From a virus, in IMG/VR virus record IMGVR_UViG_3300028025_000004, positions 1 to 40,640 of that record: DNA of 40,640 nucleotides; one strand, written 5' to 3'. This document shows positions 16,940 to 22,444 of this stretch, piece after piece. The translations under genes and the position numbers were made by a program. Each line of letters begins with the position of its first letter. Within the stretch, counting starts at the first letter, position 1. The notes beneath the pieces are model-generated. The model saw only the letters and a list, made by a program, of their open reading frames with translations, made no database searches and was not told the DNA's origin.

Positions 16940-18081
16940 AGGTTCCTGCCCTCCTGTCCGCCTGTGTGGTAATAGCCCTGTAGTGTAGGGATAGCCATCT
17001 TAACTACTGAGCATGGATATGGGTGATCAAATACTTTAATTAAAGGCTCTGGCATATTTGCTTTGTTTAACTTTGTGAGTATTACTTTGATGTCTCCAAC
17101 AAATGAATCAGTGCTCAAATCATCATAGTGATTGCTTGATGTTGTTTTAGTGAATGAAAGCAACCGATCTAATGTTGGTTTACTGTCCTTAAATTTGTTT
17201 TCAAAAAATATCTTATGGTACACGTCATCACGGCTGCCGCTCATGAACACAACCCTGGCTTGCATGGCTTCGCAAAGTGCCCTGCACTGAGCAATCTGAG
17301 GGCTTAAATGTGTGGCATAGCCCTTGTACATGCCGATATTGCGCTCTTGGTCGTACACATAACAGATATAGGTGGGTATTCCTATATCAAGGGTGCAGTC
17401 CAAAATAATTGGGATAACGCCATTGCTTTTTAACTGCTCAATTAAAGATAAGAGCGTGGCATCGGTTATGGTGTTTTGATCAACAACTATGCCATCAATC
17501 TTATTTGAGAAAGCTGAAGCGATTTGATCTCTTTCAATCACTTCATAAAGGCCACCAGCTACAGCTTCTTCCAATGTGTTACCCGCGGATAGCCCATTTG
17601 ATCCTGAGCAAAAAGCAAACTTGAAAAACGGAAATCCAAATTGTGCTGTGTTGGTTTTAACGCACGCCATAGGAACCAACTTTGGCTGTTGCGTTACAAG
17701 CCCGCGCATCTCAGTCCATTCAATAGGCGCGCGAGGGTTGTAAAAGGCCCCCTTGATGCGCTGAAACCTAGTCTCTATGTTACTTAACCTGCTGCCGGAT
17801 TCCATGATTGCATGCAGCGTGGCAGTTTCACCCACATGCCGCTCAAAGCCCTCCATCATGGCGCTACACATGGCCGCCTCTGCGGTAGCTCCCTTGCCGG
17901 AGTCCACGCACAATGATATGGAGTCAGGGCGAACGCACTGCGCTACAGGAATGCTGCAACGATCTAGGCCGGTAATCTCAGAGACACGGGTGATGCCGGC
18001 CTGGTGCCACCAAGGTTTCATTCGAGCTATGGTTTCCTCCGGCGTACAGGCTCTCTGAGCGCCTTCTAATTTTAATTTCAT
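16936..18081 (-). CDS. ycaO: YcaO-domain protein (ATP-dependent peptide backbone-activating enzyme, TfuA-associated type)
   Basis: TPEETIARMKPWWHQAGITRVSEITGLDRCSIPVAQCVRPDS and VDSGKGATAEAAMCSAMMEGFERH are classic YcaO N-terminal motifs. 381 aa, immediately upstream of and coupled to tfuA. Confidence 0.85.
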   Translation of the reverse strand: MKLKLEGAQRACTPEETIARMKPWWHQAGITRVSEITGLDRCSIPVAQCVRPDSISLCVDSGKGATAEAAMCSAMMEGFERHVGETATLHAIMESGSRLSNIETRFQRIKGAFYNPRAPIEWTEMRGLVTQQPKLVPMACVKTNTAQFGFPFFKFAFCSGSNGLSAGNTLEEAVAGGLYEVIERDQIASAFSNKIDGIVVDQNTITDATLLSLIEQLKSNGVIPIILDCTLDIGIPTYICYVYDQERNIGMYKGYATHLSPQIAQCRALCEAMQARVVFMSGSRDDVYHKIFFENKFKDSKPTLDRLLSFTKTTSSNHYDDLSTDSFVGDIKVILTKLNKANMPEPLIKVFDHPYPCSVVKMAIPTLQGYYHTGGQEGRNL

Positions 18082-18084
18082 TTT

Positions 18085-18306
18085 ATGTTAAAAGTAATAT
18101 ACGAAGATCAGGGCTACATCGCACAGGTGACAGATGACTTCACCTGCGTGGTACATAGAATAGGCAGCCTGCCAAATGGGCAAGTGCTGAACACGCATGT
18201 GGGCGAGAAACTGCCAAGCCAGGACTGGCGCGAGGTCAAGCTATTTGGTTGCCCAAATGAGATTAGGGTTGAAATCGTGCAGGCATGGAGAGATATATCA
18301 AGATGA
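18085..18306 (+). CDS. Hypothetical protein (73 aa), divergent from ycaO with start codons 3 nt apart
   Basis: The ORF's stop abuts the next plus-strand ATG (18307). A Cys/Ser/Thr-rich antisense ORF (18114..18326) fully overlaps it, so the coding strand is not certain. Confidence 0.4.
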   Translation: MLKVIYEDQGYIAQVTDDFTCVVHRIGSLPNGQVLNTHVGEKLPSQDWREVKLFGCPNEIRVEIVQAWRDISR

Positions 18307-19053
18307 ATGGCTAACATCGTCCGCACATGGAAGCGGTTTATGGCTGTAGGGTGCTCGCATGGGCACCATGCAGATCAGCAGCTACTTAAACGTGTGTTGG
18401 CTTTCAAAAAGCGATGGAAGCCTCACACGACCATTCACCTAGGTGATGCTGTTGACCTAGCCTGTCTCCGTGGGGGTGCAGGTGACAGTGCGGACTCAGC
18501 AGTTGACCCAGAAGGTGACCTACAAGACGGCCTAGCATTCCTTCATCAGCTTGAGCCGCAGAAGTATTTCTTAGGCAATCACGAGGCCCGACTCAACACT
18601 CTGATGGAGTCACCCAAGGCTATAGTCAGCGCACTAGCGGGCCGTGTAATGGGGCAGATCACCGACCAGGCTAAACGGATGAAGTGTGAGGTTATTGACT
18701 ACAACTTCCAGAATGGTTGGCGTCAACTTGGTGACACGTTGTTTGGTCACGGCTACATGGTCAACGAAGCTGCTGTGCGAGATCATGCTGAAGCTGTGTG
18801 TGGCGGCACAGCAAGCAAGGTGGTGATAGCGCACCTACACCGGGTGCAGCAGGCTGAGGGACGCAACAGAGCGCATCCAACAGGCTACTGTGTGGGCTGG
18901 CTGGGAGATAAGGATGCCATGGGGTATGCGGCCAACCGGCGAGCAACAACATCGTGGAGCCGCGGCTTTGCTTGGGGAGAGTACTGTGACACGGAGACTG
19001 TGGTATGGCTGGCCAAGGAAACCAAGGCTGGAGACTTTAGATTGCCAATATGA
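18307..19053 (+). CDS. Calcineurin-like metallophosphoesterase
   Basis: Ordered motifs VGCSHGH, IHLGD, LGNHE, FGHG and IAHLH match the metallophosphatase signature. Confidence 0.7.
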   Translation: MANIVRTWKRFMAVGCSHGHHADQQLLKRVLAFKKRWKPHTTIHLGDAVDLACLRGGAGDSADSAVDPEGDLQDGLAFLHQLEPQKYFLGNHEARLNTLMESPKAIVSALAGRVMGQITDQAKRMKCEVIDYNFQNGWRQLGDTLFGHGYMVNEAAVRDHAEAVCGGTASKVVIAHLHRVQQAEGRNRAHPTGYCVGWLGDKDAMGYAANRRATTSWSRGFAWGEYCDTETVVWLAKETKAGDFRLPI

Positions 19054-19271
19054 AAAAAACGCTACTTGAACAATTGCGGGCTGAAGTGCTTGGTGAGCCA
19101 GCTCCAGAGGGTTGGTACACACTGTGGCAACTCATGAATATGCTAGGCTCTAAGCGCACTGCTACGCTGAACATGGCTATCCGCAAGAAGTGGGCGGTTA
19201 AGAAGTACAGAACCACCACGAATGACGGCAAAAGCATCATGGCCACTCACTATCAAGTTGAAAAACTATGA
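19050..19271 (+). CDS. Hypothetical protein (73 aa)
   Basis: ORF with ATGA-type overlaps on both sides. Confidence 0.45.
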   Translation: MKKTLLEQLRAEVLGEPAPEGWYTLWQLMNMLGSKRTATLNMAIRKKWAVKKYRTTTNDGKSIMATHYQVEKL

Positions 19272-19483
19272 CACCTGAGGAGAAGCAGGCTTACATTGAT
19301 CGGATTGCAGCTGACTTAGGCGAGCACTTTGACTGTGTCCAGATCCTGGCGCACGATAGTGACACTGACAGCTATCAGACATATGACGCCGGCTCAGGGA
19401 GCCTGTTTGCGCGCATGTATCAGGCTATGCAGTGGAGTGATAGCCCTGTAGACGTGGAGATTGAAGAGGAAGAGGAAGAGTAA
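19268..19483 (+). CDS. Small acidic protein (71 aa) with a poly-Glu C-terminus
   Basis: ORF ending VDVEIEEEEEE; last gene before a strong terminator. Confidence 0.5.
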   Translation: MTPEEKQAYIDRIAADLGEHFDCVQILAHDSDTDSYQTYDAGSGSLFARMYQAMQWSDSPVDVEIEEEEEE

Positions 19484-19556
19484 TTGTTGACGGTTGAGAA
19501 AGAATAGGGCAAACAAGTTGCGTCATCGTATTACGCGGCGCTGACAACCTAAAGAG

Positions 19557-19590
19557 GCCGGTCCTAGAAATGGGGCCGGCTTTTTGGTTT
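19557..19590 (+). terminator. Rho-independent terminator closing the plus-strand early block
   Basis: 8-bp stem gccggtcc / ggggccggc (one G-U pair), 8-nt loop, followed by tttttggtttt. Confidence 0.75.
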
Positions 19591-19596
19591 TCAAAA

Positions 19597-19628
19597 TCCA
19601 AAATCAAAATTGGATTCCAAAATCAAAA
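19597..19628. repeat. A-rich direct repeat TCCAAAATCAAAA x2 (19597-19609 and 19616-19628), with inverted repeat aatcca/tggatt between the copies
   Basis: Read directly from the sequence. It lies in the intergenic gap between two terminators. Confidence 0.7.
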
Positions 19629-19736
19629 AAGTTTCTTAAGCCGGAATAAAGATTCAAAGTTTCAAGTCAAATTGGTTGGCACACATAAGTGCATATAGGC
19701 AACTCCTTGGTGAGCCTGGCTGTTTTTGGGGGCGAT

Positions 19737-19772
19737 CTTGGGGTGTCTTTGGGTGCTTTCTTGGGTGCTTTT
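19737..19772. repeat. Three tandem imperfect 12-nt units (cttggggtgtct / ttgggtgctttc / ttgggtgctttt)
   Basis: Read directly from the sequence; intergenic. Confidence 0.6.
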
Positions 19773-19806
19773 ACAGAGAGAAGCCACCGAATCAGGGCAG
19801 CAAAAA

Positions 19807-19840
19807 GGGCAACCCTTGGGAGGTTGCCCCTTTGTTTTGT
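19807..19840. terminator. Bidirectional intrinsic terminator
   Basis: Perfect 8-bp stem gggcaacc / ggttgccc with a 7-nt loop. It is flanked by aaaaa upstream (a T-run for the minus strand) and ctttgttttgt downstream (a T-run for the plus strand). Confidence 0.7.
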
Positions 19841-19850
19841 GTGGAGTTGC

Positions 19851-19934
19851 TTAGTTGAAGAAGAAGCCAAGCACGCGAAGGGTGATCGCAAAGGCTATGA
19901 GTTGGAACAACTCGGTGGAATCAGGGAATGACAT
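19851..19934 (-). CDS. Micro-ORF, 27-aa hydrophobic peptide (MSFPDSTELFQLIAFAITLRVLGFFFN)
   Basis: Hand-translated. The ATG is 4 nt after the upstream stop, it is the last ORF before the bidirectional terminator, and it has one predicted TM-like stretch. Confidence 0.35.
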   Translation of the reverse strand: MSFPDSTELFQLIAFAITLRVLGFFFN

Positions 19935-19937
19935 TGG

Positions 19938-20003
19938 TTAGTCTTTGAAGAAGAGGGTGAGGACGAAATAGAGGGCTAGGGCCTCGATTAGGTGGTCACT
20001 CAT
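19938..20003 (-). CDS. Micro-ORF, 21-aa hydrophobic peptide (MSDHLIEALALYFVLTLFFKD)
   Basis: Hand-translated. ATGA start/stop overlap with the upstream 58-aa ORF. Confidence 0.35.
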   Translation of the reverse strand: MSDHLIEALALYFVLTLFFKD

Positions 20004-20176
20004 AACCGGAACCTGGACGGAGTTGGAGTAATGGCCACCACCAGGGCAACCGAGAAAGGCAGCCAAAGGGCAACGGCAGTCTCTAAGCTAGGGAAGCGAG
20101 TGAGAAGCCAAGCATCAAAGGCCACAAGGGCGAGGCTGGCGAAGCGAATGAGGGCAGTGTGTTTGCGAGAATTCAT
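20000..20176 (-). CDS. Small membrane protein (58 aa, two hydrophobic segments)
   Basis: Internal ATG of track ORF 20000..20293, 5 nt after the stop of the 98-aa gene. Sequence: MNSRKHTALIRFASLALVAFDAWLLTRFPSLETAVALWLPFSVALVVAI... Confidence 0.45.
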   Translation of the reverse strand: MNSRKHTALIRFASLALVAFDAWLLTRFPSLETAVALWLPFSVALVVAITPTPSRFRL

Positions 20177-20180
20177 AGTG

Positions 20181-20477
20181 TTACTTGCGGAAAAGTGCCA
20201 ACAGGGCGTCTGTGGAGTCGAAGGAGAACAGTAGGATAGCGGAATGATCGGCCCCACATGCGCGGGCAAACGGAACAAGGTTACTGTTTTCAAGGAAGCG
20301 AACCGCGCCGTCTTCCGCGTCTTTGGCTTCGTAGTCGTAGGGAATCGTCAAGGACTCCTCAAAGCGAGGGAGGCTCATTTTAATGCGCGAGCCTCTGTAG
20401 TCTGTTGGTCCGATGTAGCGAACAGTCATGGCTATGAGGTTTTGCGCCTCTGTCTTGTTTGAGTAGATGGTCGTCAT
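20181..20477 (-). CDS. Hypothetical protein (98 aa)
   Basis: ORF with globular-looking composition (RYIGPTDYRGSRIKMSLPRFEESLTIPYDYEAKD). First gene after a hairpin at 20521-20540. Confidence 0.55.
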   Translation of the reverse strand: MTTIYSNKTEAQNLIAMTVRYIGPTDYRGSRIKMSLPRFEESLTIPYDYEAKDAEDGAVRFLENSNLVPFARACGADHSAILLFSFDSTDALLALFRK

Positions 20478-20554
20478 ATGTTTTGTAGTTTGTTGTGGCG
20501 CTTATCAGCACCCTCTAGCCCCCCTCTAGTGTGAGAGGGGCTAACGGGTGACGA

Positions 20555-20734
20555 TTACTCGGCGTATTCTAGGGGGATATTGAGCTTAGCGGACCAAGCG
20601 GCACACACACGGGCGGCGTGCTTGTCAGTAAAGCAGGGGATCTCAAGAATACAGGTCTGAGTATTCTCTAGGAAGAAGTAGAAGGTACGGCGTACACGGT
20701 TGCGGAGGTTAGAGGAGGAGCGAAGTGTTCTCAT
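20555..20734 (-). CDS. Hypothetical small basic protein (59 aa), possible regulator
   Basis: Internal ATG (20734) of track ORF 20555..20956; the upstream part of that ORF looks non-coding. The function is a guess based on its position next to the repeat-bearing ORF-poor region. Confidence 0.35.
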   Translation of the reverse strand: MRTLRSSSNLRNRVRRTFYFFLENTQTCILEIPCFTDKHAARVCAAWSAKLNIPLEYAE

Positions 20735-20753
20735 GCTACCTAGTGTATCGGCA

Positions 20754-20889
20754 GGGGATGCGCGAAGGTTTAGCGAAAAAGTGAAGAAAGATTGAGAGAG
20801 TGCCGACCAGGTGCGCAGGTGCGGGATGCGACATGTGTGCGCTTGTGAAAAGATGTGCGCTTTTTCACAAAGTATGTGCAAGGGATGCG
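20754..20889. promoter_or_regulatory. Candidate operator/promoter region: GGGATGCG x3 (20755-62, 20823-30, 20882-89), ATGTG(TG)CGCTT x2 plus ATGTGCA, and hairpin tgtgaaaa/ttttcaca (20844-20869)
   Basis: Motifs read directly from the sequence. They lie between the minus-strand operon and the plus-strand late block. No functional evidence. Confidence 0.3.
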
Positions 20890-21480
20890 TAGCAGCCCCC
20901 AGCGCTGACAAGCAACGCGAGCAGCTCCTCGCCGTCCCTCTGCTCCCCTTCTCCACGGCCCTCTGCGACCCTGCGGCACCCCTTTTCCATAACGCCAGAC
21001 AACGTGCGTCATATAGAGCTACAGAGAGGATTTGCAGCGATTCTGGCCAGCAAAAGCGGCCAAGCTCGGAGGCAACGCCACCGCATCAGACCGGAACCAA
21101 AGGGGGGGAGGGGGTCTGGCTCTGTCTAGAAACTTTAGCTACAACTCATCCCCCCATCTGAAAATTTTTGCCCCCAATGGCGGCCCCTACTTCTCTGTGC
21201 GCACTCGCTACCGCCTCTGTGCTGTAGCACCACTGCGCACCTCTTTGCACTCTCCTGCTTGACGCTTCTACACTGTGTGGCTACACCTGCGAGCGGCACG
21301 TTGTGTTGGCAGGAAAAAGGACGTGGGCATGTTGCCCCTGTAGCTGGTGTCGCCTTTCCCCTGATTGAGTACCAGGTCTAGGTGGCGCTAAGTTGCAGCC
21401 GGTTTGCTTGTGCAGACTGGGCGTCCTTTCCTCGCGTCGGGTGTGTATAAAAATTGAACACTTTAATTCGTAGAACGAGA

Positions 21481-21990
21481 ATGCGTATGAGATTTACAAT
21501 TCATGAAAAGCAGGTGAAGGCGAAGTTGGGTGCCGATTATGACTTGAGCAAGTACACGGAAGGCGTGGACTACAGGCGGCAGAAGACCGGGTTTGGCAGC
21601 CGCGTCATGTTTAAGACCGGCTTGTTTGATTTAAGCGGCGATCTTAATGGCTCAAGTGACGCTCAAGTGGACTTAACCGCGGTTATACCGCAACAAGAGC
21701 CAAGTATAATCGCGTTAAGTGTGGTTGATCCTAGTTTAGTGGAGCACAAGCAGGATAAACCACCGATCTTAATTAAGGCTGCTGATCTTAATTTGCCTGA
21801 GTCGTTAGTGATGACCAGGCCGGCGCTCTTGGACGGGAAGGTCCGCACAGCCAAGGTCGTTAAGAAGCATCAGAACCAGCGTTATGTGGAGACTGATACG
21901 CTTGGCAAAGTGTTTGTTGGGAGCAAAGGCCACCAAGTCAAACTTAACCAAGTCATCCAAGTTAAGGATGGTAGCTTGTATTTAGGTTAA
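21481..21990 (+). CDS. Hypothetical protein (169 aa; track uses a TTG start at 21454)
   Basis: First plus-strand ORF after the ORF-poor region. No motif recognised. Confidence 0.5.
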   Translation: MRMRFTIHEKQVKAKLGADYDLSKYTEGVDYRRQKTGFGSRVMFKTGLFDLSGDLNGSSDAQVDLTAVIPQQEPSIIALSVVDPSLVEHKQDKPPILIKAADLNLPESLVMTRPALLDGKVRTAKVVKKHQNQRYVETDTLGKVFVGSKGHQVKLNQVIQVKDGSLYLG

Positions 21991-22005
21991 GTGTACCTAA
22001 TCACT

Positions 22006-22207
22006 GGTAGCTATTTAACCTATGCTACCTTGTTGCTACCCCTTCGGGCCGACGGCCCGACCCTTCGGGGTAGCCTACTGAAGCTACATACTTCCGGTAA
22101 GCTAGAGCTCGGAGTCTGAGCATAGTACCCCCAAGACTGAGTGTTAGCCACCTAGAATTGGGGGTAGTGCTCAAAGTTGAAGCGTCACACTTCCGTATAA
22201 GTGTCAC
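22006..22207 (+). other. Cluster of strong stem-loops with repeated GCTACC/GGTAGC motifs in the 454-nt non-coding leader upstream of terL (candidate pac/processing/ncRNA element)
   Basis: Nested hairpin 22035-22074 (gctacccc...ggggtagc enclosing cgggcc gac ggcccg). 14-bp bulged hairpin 22118-22172 (gagca-tag-tacccccaa ... ttgggggta-g-tgctc). Hairpin 22184-22207. Confidence 0.5.
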
Positions 22208-22444
22208 CGTCGCGTCGCATATCACAGTCTTTGCCCATGGCTACCCGTTCAGCCTAGCATTGTCTCTATCGCGGACGACTGTGCAGCACTCACTGATTCT
22301 TGGACACCAGTGATCTTTAATTTCGGTCAAGAGGAATACCGAAAACCATGTCTTCATCCGGTGGGTCCGTCTTTCAGGTTGACCAGCGGCTACGCGGCTC
22401 CCTTATGTTAGGGTGCACGGGAAACTTCCCAGAAAACAAATGCC

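Noticed and set aside
19737-19772. Tandem 12-nt units and the A-rich direct repeats at 19597-19628 considered as a possible CRISPR-like array.
   Set aside because: The repeats are far too short and directly adjacent or imperfect, with no spacer-sized unique segments and no cas genes.
20770-21262. Track ORFs 20811..21161 (+), 21032..21262 (+), 20770..21012 (-) and the upstream part of 20555..20956 (-).
   Set aside because: They overlap one another, have Cys/Arg/Pro/Ala-rich composition atypical of the confident genes, and show no coupling to neighbours. I treat the region as non-coding regulatory DNA.
21991-22444. Search for tRNA or tmRNA genes in the structured leader and in the other intergenic regions.
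   Set aside because: I could not fit a cloverleaf. No GTTCRANYC T-loop was found, and there is no acceptor/anticodon arm geometry. The hairpins are long and bulged rather than tRNA-like. A covariance-model scan would be needed to be certain.
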